Shown: piece by piece, positions 48,066-61,564 of the stretch | Layout of the letters: every line of letters begins with the position of its first letter | Position numbering within the stretch: the first letter of the stretch is position 1 | Assembly (NCBI GenBank): GCA_051313645.2 | Contig: JBNRSN020000026.1 | Coordinates: 8,618,001 to 8,682,000 of the forward strand | Direction: 5' to 3' | From: Centroscyllium fabricii | Taxonomy: Eukaryota | DNA length: 64,000 nucleotides | Notes under the pieces: generated by a model | Told to the model about the DNA's origin: nothing | The model's database searches: none | The model's input: only the letters and a program-made list of their open reading frames with translations | Translations under genes and position numbers: made by a program

Positions 48066-48649
48066 AGGCATAGATGAGGTCACCTCTGCACTCAGCTGGA
48101 AATCCTCACAGAGGATAGCACAGCTGAAACTGACAAAATTCACCCAACTGAGACAACTGACAGGGAGCTCTGGGTTCCTCCCCGATAACCGTCGAGTACA
48201 GAAGTGCACACTTCAAGCACTTAAACATCAGGGTTTCAATTATAAAGAATCTTACTTGTATATTGAACAGCAGAATATCATGATATCCAACTCTGCTCAC
48301 ACAATTACATACAATGGTATTTAAATACCTATATATAGACAAAAGCTGTGATTCCATAATATGACACTATCATATGAAACCCAATACCAACCATTAGTAA
48401 ATGTATTTGGATCAGATTGTATGTTCCATTTTTCTATGTTATTGTTTGAAAGTATTTGGGGGATGAAAATGTGATTCTTATTTCCACAGGCAAATTATAG
48501 AAGCAGATGGCACTTGCCACGAATTAAAACGTCCTTCAGATATTACTAAACAACCATGTGACTTCTACCAATGATAAGAATATTTAAATTACATTTGTTC
48601 AGTCTAAAAAGGTAGCCTCCTTCATACTTTATGTATTTATTTATTTAGT

Positions 48650-49175
48650 CAGGAAAATGGTGGAATCCATTATGAAGGAAGTGGTAACATTGCACTTAGA
48701 AAATCATAATATAATTAGGCAGAGTCAACATGGGTTTATGAAAATGAAATCGTGATTAACAAATTAGAGTTTTTTGAAGATGTAACTAGCAGGGTAGATA
48801 AAGGGGAACCAGTGGATATAGTATATTCGGATTTCCAAAAGGCATTTGATAAGGTGCCACATAAAAGGTTGCTACGCAGGATAAGGGCTCATGGGGTTGG
48901 GGGTAATATAGTAACGTGCATAGAGGATTGGTTAACGGACAGAAAACAGAGAGTGGGGATAAATGGGTCATTTTACGGTTGGCAGATTGTAACTCGGAGT
49001 ACCGCAAGGATCAGTGCCGGAGCCTCAGCTATTTACAATCTATATTAATGACTTAGATGAAGGGACCGAGTGTAATATAAGGTTAAGTGAGCGGGCAGTA
49101 AGGTGGCAGATGGAGTATAATGTGGGGAATTGTGAGGTTATTCACTTTGGTGGGAATAACAGAAAAACAGAATAG
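48650..49175 (+). mobile_element. CR1 RT fragment
   Basis: LEFFEDVT, DFQKAFDKVPH. Confidence 0.85.
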
Positions 49176-49179
49176 TTTC

Positions 49180-51739
49180 ACACCATTAAAAAGATAATGG
49201 GCCGGATTTTCCGATGGCCCCGGGGCCCAACGCGTGACGGTAGAGATATCCCATGTGTCGAGTGACGCTGGAACTTGAAGAACCGCCCATGAGGCGTGAC
49301 ATTAAAAGATGTGGAAAGAAGAGATCGAATAGAGTGTAACACGTCGGGGAGCACCGTTTCCCATTGCTGGTCTGGTTTATTGCGTGACCTCAGTGCCAGA
49401 CGGACAGTGTGCCAGATGATGGCGTTGTACCTTTCAACCTGCCTGTTACCGATTAGGTGATATGGTGTCGTTTTACTCGTGGCGATTCCCCGTTGGGAGA
49501 GATAACGTTTAAATTCGCTCGACAGGAAGGAGGACCCCGATCAGAGTGGATGAAATTGGCCGTACCGCAAAGGGAAAAGATTTGATCGAGGCATTTGATC
49601 ACAGTCGACGTGGCCATCTATAGCACGTTGAAAGACGGCCACCCCATTGGTGACCCCAAACGGAAGGCGACGAAACTGGTAAAGCCGACCACTGGCTTCA
49701 AAGGCCGTATATATATTGTATACGCTCTTTAGATCGAATGTTGAAAATACCTTGTATTTGGCAAGGTTATTGACCATGTCGTCGATGCGTGGTAGTGGGT
49801 AGGCATCCAGATCGGTATATTGATTAATAGTCTGTGCGTAATCAATACACAGACATTTCTTATGTTGTTTTAAGGGGTTTTTCACAACGACGACTTGAGC
49901 CCGCCAGGGAGATGAACACGGTTCAATGATCCCGTCATCCAGAAGACAAGAGATTTCTGCCTCAGAAAATGGCCGCTCATCTTGGCTGAAACGCCGAGAT
50001 TTGGTGGCTATGGGTTTATAATGCGGGGAAGAGATTGGCAAACAAGGAGGGCTCGCCGAGCAAGGCCGCCGAAAGCACACAAAACAGCACCTTAGAAGCA
50101 GTAAGCTCCGGCTTTAACCCTCCGAACTCAAAAGTGAGTCTTTTGTGCTGCTTCTGGAAATCCTGTCCCAGAAGCACATCACTGCATAAGTTGTCGAGTA
50201 CTCCAAGCCGGGTGGAGAACTACGTATGGCCACTGAGGATGAGGTCGACAAGACAGCAGCCAGTAGAATTGGTGGTCAGAGTCGTCCGAGCCATCGCAAT
50301 CTCCCTGTCCGAGGGATAAATATGCAGTTTTAACCTGCTGACAGCCCGCTTACTAATAAAGCTGTCAGAGCTGCAGGAGTCAATTAGCGCGCTCAGAGTG
50401 TGTCCATTCGCTGAAATCTTTGTGGCTGCATGGGCTAACTTTGGGGAAAAACAGCTGTGATGGGAGGAGGGGCAATTTTATCCTCGGCAGCTGTAGCCTC
50501 AGCAATGGTTCTTGGGGGAGGAGCAGGTTCATAGTTAGCAGCTGCGAAGCTAACAGGAGCTCTTGATCAGTATACTTTAGAGGAGCGGCCTTTCTTGTTA
50601 GTAGAGGCTCTTGACTGGCATACCTTGGAAAAGTGTCCTTTCTTGCTGCAATGATTGCAGGTCGCATTCCGAGCCGGGCAAAATTTCCTGTAATGGAATG
50701 TACTTCCGCAAAAGAAACACTTCCTTTCCGATTGCCGGGAAGCTGCTAGGGCAGGGTCGTCATCAGTGAAGGCCTCTAGGGTCGGGTCATCGCCCGTTAG
50801 AGTAGAGTCATCATCAGCGAGGGCTTCCGCCCGAGACCTATCGAAGGACTCTTTAAAAGTGGCAGCCGCCGCCCGTGCACGCGGTGGGAGATAAGTGTCT
50901 GCATTTCTCTTGGCTAAGTCCAGAGAACATGCCTGGTCATAAGCAGCCCGCAAATCGAGGGTTATATTTTCCAGCAGGCGCTGCGTATAAAAGGAGATGC
51001 AATCCCATTCATAAAGGAATCACGGATTAGTTCCTCTTGATATTGCTCAGCTGTAACAGTTTTAAGGTTACAGTCCTTGCTGAGCCTACCAAGTTTCTAG
51101 AGGAATTCGTCGAGTGAGTCCACAGGCTGTTGCCGAGTTGTGGCTAGTAGATGCCGAGCAAAACTTTCATTTGGGGACTTGACATATCGCTGTTGTAGAA
51201 TTTGGACAGCAGCATCATAGTCTATACAGTCCTCAATATAATCATACACGAGGGGATACGTAGTTAATAAGCATTCGTAACTCATTAGAGGGATCCGCCT
51301 CACATTCTTCGAAAGTTGCTAAAGGTACGAAACCAATGCTTCCATACCTTTGCTGCCGCAGGTGCATTCAGATCCAGGTCGAGATGGGTGGGTCTAAGGA
51401 GTGTTCCCATGATGCATTCGTTTCTTATCCGAGTTCCCTTCTATGGTTCGAGTTGCAGCTGTATGTTGCGAATCACCCAAAGCGTAGAGACGATACCAAG
51501 TTGATTAAATTGATGTAATAAAGACTCACTAAGCACTTGGTTAAGCATAAAGCAAGGCTTTAATCGACTTGTAACAAAACAGAGAGGTCTAGTTAGCAGT
51601 CACTAGCTTCCTGTTTTCAGATTGTCTCTGGCCAAGTTGGGCCCACGCCCGAGTATTTATACTCCTTGAACGGTGCCCTCAGCTGGCCGTCCAGTAGTAC
51701 TTCCGGAGTTATTTCTTGCAGAAGATGAGATTTATGACA
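49180..51739 (-). mobile_element. Gypsy LTR retrotransposon 2 (Mag-like gag), internally deleted, 3' LTR missing
   Basis: 5' LTR 51511-51739, gag ATG 51410, double knuckle CFFCG...HYRKFCPARNATCNHCSKKGHFSKVC, protease-like LIDSCSS, RT LPFGVTN, integrase remnant. Confidence 0.9.
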
Positions 51740-52510
51740 GGAGTTCCATGTGGGGTAGTGCGAGGTCATCCACTTTGGATCCAAGAAGGACAGAACAGAT
51801 TATTTTCTTAATGACAAGACCAGGAACTATGGAAGAGTAAAGGATTTGGGCATTCAGGTACACAAGTCTCTAAAAGCTGGAAGACATGTACGAAAAGTAA
51901 TCAAAAAGGGTCATTGAATGTTAGCCTTTATCTTAAGGGGGCTGCAATACAAATGAAAAGAAGTTATGCTTCAGTTGTAGAGAGAGAGCCTTGGTCAGAC
52001 CCCCATCTGGAGTAGTTTTGGGCACCACATCTCAGGATGGATACATTAGCCTTGGAAGGAGTACCACACAGATTTACCAGAATGATGCTGGGGGTTAAAG
52101 GGTTAAATTATGACACCAAGTTGCATAAACCTGGTTTGTATTCCCTCGAGTTCAGAAGGTTGAGGGGGTGGATCTACATCGAGGTGTTCAACAAAAAAAA
52201 AACGAGATTCAACAGGGTAGATACGGAGAAATGATTTCCTCTGGTGAGAGAATCCCAAACAAAGGGTTACAATCTTAAAATTAGAGCTAGGCGTGAAATC
52301 AGGAAGCACGTATTCGCATAAAGGGTAGTGGAAATCACTAACTCTCTCTCCAAAAGGCTTTGGATGCTGGGTCAATTGAAATTTTCAAGAGTGAGATCGA
52401 TAGATTCTTGTTAAGTAAGGGTATCGAGATATGGAATGAAGGCAGGTAAATTGAGTTGATGTACAGATCTGTCATGATCTATATGAATGGCCTACTCCTG
52501 TTCCTATGTT
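51740..52510 (+). mobile_element. CR1 3' fragment
   Basis: GLYSLEFRRLRG and a CR1-type tail. Confidence 0.85.
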
Positions 52511-52649
52511 TCGATCAGTGAGCTGAAGAATGGCGAGATGGCTAATGAAATACCGTTGCTTTTAGAAGTGTAAAAGGCCAAAGATGGATAGGTCACAGAG
52601 ATTGGAGGGATGCTGAAGTAGCAAGCTAAAAAGTCAGTGACATCTTTAA

Positions 52650-52860
52650 GAATAGAATGGAGATGTATCGCAAAGCAGTTACTCGATTTGCATTTGGTTT
52701 CTCCAATATCGAATTAGACCTCGGAACACCTAATACAGCAGATTAGTTTACAGAGGGTGCATGTAAAGCAATATCTCACACAGAACAATAAATTGATACC
52801 AGACTACAGTGTGGTGAAGAAATGACTGGGCAGGTGTTGCACTTGCAGCAGTTCCAGAGA
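52650..52860 (-). mobile_element. Old Penelope GIY-YIG remnant
   Basis: Minus-strand FTCT, LICCIRCS, IGETK resemble Penelope endonuclease motifs. Confidence 0.55.
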
Positions 52861-52957
52861 AAATACCTGAAGAAAAGCCAGTGGAAGTGACAGAAGAATG
52901 AACAAAGGTTTTCTACCGGATTCTCTCAACCTCATTCACACTCCACTGTTTCCCTTC

Positions 52958-53846
52958 TGTAACCCACATTAGAATGGAACCCTGAGAGGAACCCTTCAGC
53001 AGTGAAGGGGTTAACAACAGTTGAGGAACCCTTCAGCAGTGAAGGGGTTAATGAAATTTGAGGCATCCTTCAGCAGTGAAGGGGTTAACAATATTTGAAA
53101 CTCTGGGTCAGCTGACCCAGACTCCAAGAAAAAGCTGTTTTTGCTGGGGATGGCTCCAGTCTGGACATAAAGGAGTTAACCATCCCCAGCCTCAGCCTAT
53201 GTGACCTGGGTTTCAGTGCATGAGAAAAAAGAACGCGCGAAACCGAGGCTGGGCAGTTGGCAGGGGAGATTTGAAACCGAGGCTGGGCAGTTGGCAGGGG
53301 AGATTTGAAACCGAGGCTGGGCAGTTGGCAGGGGAGATTTGAATCGAAGAGGGAGCTCGGGGCATCTCTGCTGGCCTGCCGGCTAGAAAAAGGCAGCAGA
53401 AGCAACAGACAGCAGGCCATTGAAGACCCCAGGCAGCCAGAGAGGAGGCAGTGGGCCATTGGAAGTGGCTGAAGAAAGGAACCCCGGCCATCAACAGCAA
53501 GCAGCAGCTAGGCTGAGCTGAGAAACCCCCCTCAACCCTGAAGGCGGCGGCGGCGAGGAAGACCAGCGGGAGGTGAGAACTCGACCTGTAGCTCTCACCC
53601 GCTGGCAGAAGGTGGTGGCGGCGGCGAGGAAGACCAGCGGGAGGTGAGAACTCGACCTGTAGCTCTCACCCGCTGGCAGAAGGCGGCGGCGGCGGCGAGG
53701 AAGACCAGCGGTGGAGGCAGTTGGAATTCGAACTGAAAGAGAAGGCAGCCAACGAGCTGAGAGAACATAAGATTTTTGTTCGGAATGGCGAGCCAACCCA
53801 TTTGAACTGTGGTTCTGTGTTATATACTGTATTGTATTTTCATAGT

Positions 53847-53889
<43 letters not shown>

Positions 53890-54077
53890 TGCATTTCAAA
53901 ATTGTATATATTGTTCTTGTTAATTAAGTAAAGTTCTGTTTTTTGAAAAGAAACTGTGCTTGGTCTCTGGTCTAATTTGGTGCTTTTTTTTTTGCCTTAC
54001 CTAGAACTGACCCAGTAACCCATATTGGCCGGTCCAGAAGGTGGGTGTTGCAGCTTGCCTTTGGGCCGGGTGTTACA
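52958..54077. mobile_element. 1.1-kb solo LTR (Gypsy or ERV type) with internal tandem repeats
   Basis: TGTAAC...GTTACA ends, 4-bp TSD CTTC; ~38-, ~34- and ~72-bp repeat arrays; (TA)n at ~53853-53885. Confidence 0.85.
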
Positions 54078-54292
54078 CTTCCATTTTGGAGCCATGGTCG
54101 ACTCACTTTGTCTTTTCAACACTTTTGTCCTACAAATGTATCCATATCTCAACCCCACCAAAAGTTACCTTTGTACACTGCCGTCCAACATTTTTAAATC
54201 AATTAATAGGCTATCACAATAGCATCCTCTTCATCAAAGTTGAGCTGCTGACCTCCCACTATTCTTCCCTTCTTCACTATGCTGTCTTAAAC

Positions 54293-54430
54293 ATGATGTG
54301 GAGGTGCCGGTGTTGGACTGGGGTGGACAATTGTATGAAGTCACACAACACCAGGTTATAGTCCAACAGTTTTATTTGAAATCACAAGCTTTTGGAGTGT
54401 AGCTCCTTCATCAGGTACACCTGATGAGCA
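54293..54430 (-). mobile_element. Penelope 3' terminus with a mutated hammerhead motif
   Basis: Matches 12381-12506; GAAA box reads AAAA; aaacat on both flanks. Confidence 0.8.
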
Positions 54431-54501
54431 AAACATTCTTTTTCAGCTAATACTAACACTTTTAATGCCAAATCAAACTATAAAGCAGTGTAATCCTACT
54501 A

Positions 54502-55066
54502 CAGGTTGAGCACCGTTAATCCGGCACGGGCGGGACCAGGTCCGTGCCGGGAAAGTGAAAATCCCAAATGATTGAAGCTTCTGTGAGCGCATGCGCAGAC
54601 CATTCAAAATGGCCACTGCGAAAGGCCGGCGGCCATTTTGAGTGGTCTGCGCATGCGCTTATTGTTGCGGGAGGCCCGGCCCGCGATCGGCTCGGAGAGA
54701 CTCAGGGTAGCCTGGCCAGCGATCGGCTCTGAGAAGCCCGGCCCACGATCGGCTCGGAGAAGCGCTGCCCGTGATCGGCTCGGAGAAGCCTGGCCCACGA
54801 TCGGTTAGGAGAAGCCCAGCCCGCGATCGGCTCGGAGAAGCCCAGCCCGCGATCGGCTCGGAGACCCCCGGCCCGCAATCGGCTCGGGGAGACCATTGTG
54901 AATGATCTGCGCATGCGTTTGCCATTCGGCGACACATGCGCAGATCTTTTGCCGAAGCATCAATCACGGCGGCCATTTTGCGCATGCGCAGGGCAGTCGG
55001 GGCAATTTATGCCGGACGACTGAAGCTGCTGGCTTTCAGGTTAACGGATTACCGGTGCTCAACCCG
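54502..55066. mobile_element. Tc1/mariner MITE with an internal ~26-bp tandem array
   Basis: TIR caggttgagcaccg, TA TSD; about 8 units of gatcggctcggagaagcccagcccgc. Confidence 0.88.
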
Positions 55067-55673
55067 TACTGCATTATAAAACTGTGGAACTCCAAATTGG
55101 GTAACCTGTCGAGAGCTACTATAGATAGATGAAGGAATGGTAGATTTTTTTTACCATGGATATGTCCTTTCTTATTCTCCAACGGATACACAATCTCCAC
55201 ATATAAACAGATAAATAGGAACTGCCAAAGGAAAATCATCCAGGACACTATTCAGTTACAAAATCCCATACCTTAAACAATCACTTGATCTTCTTTCCTC
55301 TGCCACATTACAGCAATTTGAGGCTTAGCTTGAGGCTGCCTGAATTTCTTTATCTACAGCAGACAACAGTGAGACGCAAGAAGCCAGCAAGAGTACTAAA
55401 ACACTGAATAAAATGAGTGCGAAAATCGACTTACAGTAGCATACAACTCAAATTCACAGCAGGCCAGAAAGAAACAAGCAGGCCAAGAAAGACCTTGGTA
55501 CATGGAAGTTAATAATCTTTCAGCAACTAATCTAGCATTCTTCAGGGGGAGAAAAAAGACAAGTCACAGCTGCTAGATAAGTGAATATTGTAACTGGAAG
55601 CAGGAAGAGAAATGAATCAGCCAATATTTTTGCTGGTGGTAGGAGGCAAGGAAAAAGATTGAGGTCAGAAGTA

Positions 55674-56504
55674 CAGGTTGTGCACTGAAAATCCGTGTCC
55701 CGAATAGCCGGGTGTTTTGAATGATCTGCGCATGCGTCGCCGGACGGTTAGCGCATGCGCAGATGATTCAATACGGCCACCGGTTATTTTCTCCACAGCT
55801 GAGCCCCGTGACTGAGGCGGACAGTCACTAGGCAACAGCTGTCAGCCTGAGTCCGGCTCGGCGGCAGCAGCAACCCGAAAGGCGATGGAGAGGGAAGGCG
55901 GACCTACTGAGCCCGACCCGCGCCCGCACAACCCTGTGTCAATAGTGTCTGTGCCGTTGTTTGCAGGTGGGCCGAGTGCTTAGGCATCTGTAAAAGCCAA
56001 CAGTGTGGTTCTTGCATTGCTGGCCTGCACAGCCATAAAGGCAGATTTGCACTCAAAAGAATTAACTTTGAACAACTACACGTGCACTCGTTTCACTGGT
56101 GCTGGCAGGACTCGGACACTCGTCTAAATAGTGTCCCAATGCTGCGCCATTTTGAGGTGCGTGCCTCAAAAACCTTGTAAATCTGTTCTTCTTGTACACC
56201 TTATAACGATTCTCCTAGTTGTAGCAAAATTATCAGTTGTGATTAAGAGTTTGTTTACCAGATTTACAGATTAAAAATGACAGAAAATCATCCACGCATT
56301 GTCCGTGACTGAGGCGATGGAGAGGGAAGGCGGACCTGGGCCCGATCTGCGCATGCGCGCGCCAGCCAATCCCAATGCTGTGCGCATGCGCGTGACCATT
56401 TTGAATGGCGCGCATGCGCAGTGTCCAACCTCGTTCTCCCGGTTTTTTCTGTTTCCCGGCACGGGCCTGGTCCCGCCCGTGGCGGATTAATGGTGCACAA
56501 CCTG
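55674..56504. mobile_element. Tc1/mariner MITE (30804 family) with a ~400-bp internal extra segment
   Basis: Same TIRs and TA TSD as 30804-31326. Confidence 0.85.
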
Positions 56505-57979
56505 TACAATGTCCATTCATAACAGTATGTGTCCACATCAGAACAAGAAACAGGTCTACATTTTTCAGGGTGGAGGAGAAGCGAGGGAAGACAGCATATG
56601 GTGTAATTTACTTGTTATTGGGCATTTTTGGTGGCAGTCAACAGACTGAAACTAACTTTACCCTCATATGTTACTATAAATGGGCATAGAAACCAACTTT
56701 AAGTTTTACTCTTGACCAGACTTGCCAAGGAGAGTGAAGGACAATTAATCCTGTTAATTTTTGGCTAGTTCAAATTAGCCAGTACATGAGTAAATTAATC
56801 CCACCAGTTTGGAGAAGGGCGACAGTCAAAGCATCAATTTTAACTATAACTACTACAAGCTTTGGCAATGCTTCAAACCACACTATTGCGCACACTGGAC
56901 ACACCTTTTGCTAGTATCCGAGGCAGAGACTATAAAGACAAGTGGTGAATGGAAATAAAGCACCAAAGAGTTTGGAGCATGGTGCAGGATAACTCATTGA
57001 AACCATATAGTTTAGGTGCCCCAGAGCCACAATTAGCATTCAACACCACATAAATGGAATCCAAACCTGCGGCTAGTGTAGAACTTCATGCAATCATCAA
57101 TTTACAGTTAAATATTGCAAACTTCTTTTCACTTTCACACATATCCGTGGACTAATCAAAGTCCAAAGCAGGGTCTAGTGAAGTCTCACAACTATCAAAC
57201 AGCAGCAACATCAAAGAGCAAATGGAAGGTCTGGATTAAAATTCAGGGTTTATAAAAAAATACAATCCCTATAACAATCTTGAATCCTGTCTCTTTTACT
57301 TTCTACATAGTTAAGTTAGCATAACCCTGGTCTAACAATTAACACTGATCGGAGTAAATAGCTGGAGGAGCAGGTATTATGCCCACTAAGTTTGTCAATT
57401 TGGAAAGTGGAAAATATTCATAACATTGGGCCCCTTTTTACTATCTAGACTTATTGATAATTAAAATGATCCAAAGGAGAAACATAGGGTCAAGGGCCTT
57501 TAGCAATTTAGAACACATGACTGAGATGAGGGTTTAAAAACAGTTTGTTGTTCTTCCAGCTCCCTTTGGGAAGCTGCAAAAGACAGTCTCTGGCAGCAAA
57601 AACAGGAGCACTACTCAGGGAACTTGACACACCTTCTGCACAGATGACAGCAACCATGAACAGACATTTCTGGAGTTTTAAGATAATTTTTCCTTTGAAG
57701 TTGAAGCAGTTTAAAGTCAGGCAAATAAAATGTTAACAGTTCACACAAATGCTCACATTTTAGCATACAATAGGTCAATGGTTTCCAACACTTGTATTTC
57801 CTTTCTGGCCTTTCCACATCTCCACAAGATGACCTCGATACATGGTAACAATTGGAAATTAAATATTAGTCTGCCTAATCTTGTATATAAACATTTTAAT
57901 CAAGCAAACATCTACTTATTAATTTATGAGCAAAAACCTTCCTGCAGAGGATCAGCCTTCAATCTAAAACTGAAGTTAT

Positions 57980-59365
57980 AACAACTTGCATTTATACGGC
58001 GCCTTTAACGTAGCAAAAACATCCCAAGGTGCTTCACAAGAGCGTTATCAATCAAAATTTGACACCGAGCCAAAGGAGGAGATATCAGGACAGATGACCT
58101 AAAGCTTAGTGAAAGAGTTAGGTTTTAAACAGTGCCCTAAAGGAGGAGAGAGAAGTCGAGGAGCAGAGAGGTTTAGGGAGGGAATTCCAGAGCTAAGGGC
58201 CTAGGCAGTTGAAGACATGGCTGTCAATGGTGGAGCGATTAAAATGAGGGATGAGCAAGATACCAAAATTGGAGGAGCGCATAGATCTCAAAAGCTTGTA
58301 GGGCTAGAGATGGTTACAGAAATAGGGAGGGGCAAGGCCATGGAGGAATTTGAAAACAAGGGTGAGAATTTTAAAACAGAGGCATTGCCGGACTGAGAAC
58401 TAATGTAGGTCAGCAAACATGGGGTGATGGGTGAATGGGACTTGGTGCAAGTTAAGATATGGGCAGCATGCTGAGTTTTGGATGAACACCAGATTATGTC
58501 GGGTGAAAGATGGGAGGCCAGCCAGAAGAGCATTGGAATAGTTAAATCTGGAGCTAACAACAGTTTGAATGAGGGTTTCAGCAGCAGATGAGCTGAGGCG
58601 AGGCAGAATCGGGCGATGTTAGAGGTTGAAGTAGGCAGTCTTAGTGATGGAGCGGATATGTGGTCAGAAGCGCACCTCGGGGTCAAACACAACACCAAGA
58701 TTGCGAATGGTCTGGCTCAGCTTCAGACAGTTGCCAGGGAGAGGGATGGAACGGTGGCCAGGGAACAGAGTTCATGGCAGGGGCCAAAGACAATTTAGTT
58801 GCAGGAAGTTTCTGCTCACTTTCAAGCAGTATGACAAATCAGAGACAGTCGAGGGGGCGAGAGAGGTGATGGTGAGATAGAGCTGAGTGTCATCATTGTA
58901 AATGTGGAACCTCGTGTTTTCTGACGATGCAGCATGTAGATGATAAATAGAAGGGGGCCAAGGATAGATCCTTGGGGGACTACAGAGGTAACGGTGCAGG
59001 AGTGGGAAGAGAAGCCATTGCATGTGATTCGCTGGCTACAATTCGATTGCTAAGAATGGAACCAGGCATGGGCAGTTCCACCCAACTGGATGACGGAGGA
59101 GAGGCAGTCGAGGAGGATGGTGTGGTCAACTGTGTCGAAGGCTGCAGGTTGGTCAAGAAGGAAGAGAAGGGAAAGTTTACCACGGTCACAGTCACATAGA
59201 ATGTCATTTGTGACTTTGATACGGGCCATTTCGGTACTGTGGTGGAAATGTGATTGAAGGGAATCAAACATGGAATTGCGGGAAAGATGGACAGGGATTT
59301 GGGAGGCGTCACCATGTTCAAGAGCTTTGGACAAGAAAGGGAGGTTGGAGATGGAGCAGATTTAA
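57980..59365 (-). mobile_element. L2 LINE, RT and 3' end, decayed
   Basis: HSTEMARIKVTNDIL, AAFDTVDHTILL, YNDDTQLY. Confidence 0.88.
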
Positions 59366-59600
59366 AATATTTAAGCCTACCAAGATAAAACACTTCTGTT
59401 TTTCTAAGTGTCAATACATCTCCTAGTAGACATCAACTTTAATTCCCAAACCTTTGAGCATCAACACTCGAAGGTGTTGATGCTCAACTGACAATGGCAG
59501 CATGCAAGTTGAAAAGCACCTCCCAAGTGTCAACATTCACAGAACTCAGCCATTAGATTCATTACATCTGTTGTCCCAACCCTGACTAACTATCCAATTA

Positions 59601-59926
59601 CAGGTACACAATCCCTTAACAGCACATCCGAAAACCCGAGTTGCGCCAAAACTGACCCATTTTGAAAGCCAATTCAATATAATCCAGTGATAAAAGTAAA
59701 ATTAACAAGAAAGTAGAGCTTACCAATGTAAAAAAATGGACCCACGGGTCCAATTCCTCCCATAGCCCACAATCTCCGACCGGTTCAGCCTGCACACTGG
59801 GCCGCCAACACAACAGTGCGCATGCGATCTGCGCATGCGCACTGGGCACCATTCCGAAAACCGAAAAATCCCGAAAACCGAGATTCGTCCAGTCCCACGG
59901 GTTTCGGATAAGGGATTCTGTACCTG
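59601..59926. mobile_element. Tc1/mariner MITE, separate family
   Basis: TIR caggtacacaatccctta / taagggattctgtacctg, TA TSD. Confidence 0.85.
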
Positions 59927-60111
59927 TATTGAGTTTGCTGTTGGGCATACGACACCCAAGCATTTGAGTGGGATGATGATGATGATGCCAATGCTGGATT
60001 ACGCTTGTCTGACAGGGATACTTCATATATTGCTGCTTCTGCCATCTGTGCACTTGACAATGATCTTTCGTTTGGACCACTGTTTTTTTATGCCCTTTAA
60101 ATATCACTTTG

Positions 60112-60520
60112 CAGCATTCCTGCCTCTGAGTTAGAGGTTGTGGGTTCAAGTCCCACTCCAGGTCATGAATGCTTAACTAGACTGATGCTCCAATGTAGTA
60201 GAGGAAGATGCCACCCTTCAGGCGAAACACCCATCTGAGACCCTGTCGGACTGCTCTAGGGAATGCCAAAAGTTCCCATGGTGTTATTCAAAGGTCAACA
60301 GTAATTTCTCTCACCATTCTGGTCAACATTACTCTAACCCCACCAAAAAATTACAGATCAACTCGTCGTGCATCTCACTACTGTTAGTGTCCAAAATGAG
60401 GCTGCATTTTGCCGGCATCAATACTGATTGCACTTTGAAAGTAACTCATTTTATGTCAAGCAGTTTGGGGGCATTTTAGAGGCGTGAAAAGTCACAATAC
60501 AAGTGCGGCTTTTCTCGCTT
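60112..60520 (+). mobile_element. Old tRNA-headed DeuSINE; a second tail lies at ~60610-60705
   Basis: B box GGTTCAAGTCC and decayed similarity to 22095-22390. Confidence 0.6.
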
Positions 60521-61564
60521 AAACAATCGAGAAAATTTCCACAGAACTAGTAACCCACAAATTTGTTACCATTCAATAGCTATCAAGCCACTGCAAAGGT
60601 TGCTGAGCAACCGTGATTACACTTCTAAAGTACTTAATTGGCTGTAAAGCACTTTGGGACAACCTGAAGTCATGAAAGGCACTACATAAAGGCAAGTTCT
60701 TTCCTTCAGTTATATAAATATTAAAAATAGGTATTGGAACAATCAAAACTGGTGTAAAGCTGATTTCCTTTCAAGAAAAGTAAAATCTGCGGTGAATTTC
60801 TGATCTAAGCTGTCTGAGGGTAGAGCAGTGCACCTTCATCTATGCTAAGCAACGTAAATAAAGGGACCTCAGCCTGCACCACTAATGAACCTTGCAACCA
60901 ATTAAAGAATCAGACTGGCAATGGTACAAGAGCTGATCACATGCTCACCCAGTCAGAAAATGGTAGGTTTGGCAATCCAAGGAGGAAAAAAAGTAGATCC
61001 TCACTTAATTAGTTCGCCATTGCAAACAGAATCTGTGATTAGATGCCAAATTATCTTACATATACTTGCAGATTCACATGGCATTGTTCACAGCAAGTTG
61101 GAGGATATGTTCTTTTATGCTATGTAGCATAAAATATTTTATGATGCACTTATGGTATTTAAAAAAGGTGTCTTTACTGATATTTTCAGTTTCAATATGT
61201 GATTATGTTCATTCAGTGGATACATTTTGTTTTTAATGCCTTCAATTAAAGATTTTACTTGAAGGCCGAAGCCTCTCCCACAAGCCTGGAATTGAACTTA
61301 ATATTTTTGCCCAGAGCTGTGACTTTGAACTGAATTTGGATCATGCAATCTGAGCATGTGCAGTGTACCTAATTTCTAAGGAGGCATCAGTACCATCCTG
61401 TCAGGCATACTGATAAACTATTTCTCTTCAATTTCTAACAGTTTCTGCTCAAAAGTACTTCAAAAATAATTTGAAAAAAATCAAGAGGATAAATTTCAAA
61501 ACTTTTGGAAACACTGCATCATCTACCAGGATCTTGTTTTCACAAATAGGATCATGGTTTGGTA

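Noticed and set aside
49198-49230. gggccggattttcc as a Harbinger TIR
   Set aside because: No partner TIR; the minus strand reads as the integrase tail of Gypsy 2.
53240-53720. 34- and 72-bp arrays (also 37410-37575 and 54675-54890) as CRISPR-like arrays
   Set aside because: Contiguous tandem units with no unique spacers, inside eukaryotic TEs, and no cas genes.
57633-57692. Possible upstream host exon (KNYLKTPEMSVHGCCHLCR), phase-compatible with 30048
   Set aside because: Weak aag acceptor and gtgtgt donor, only 60 nt and open in two frames; needs RNA evidence.
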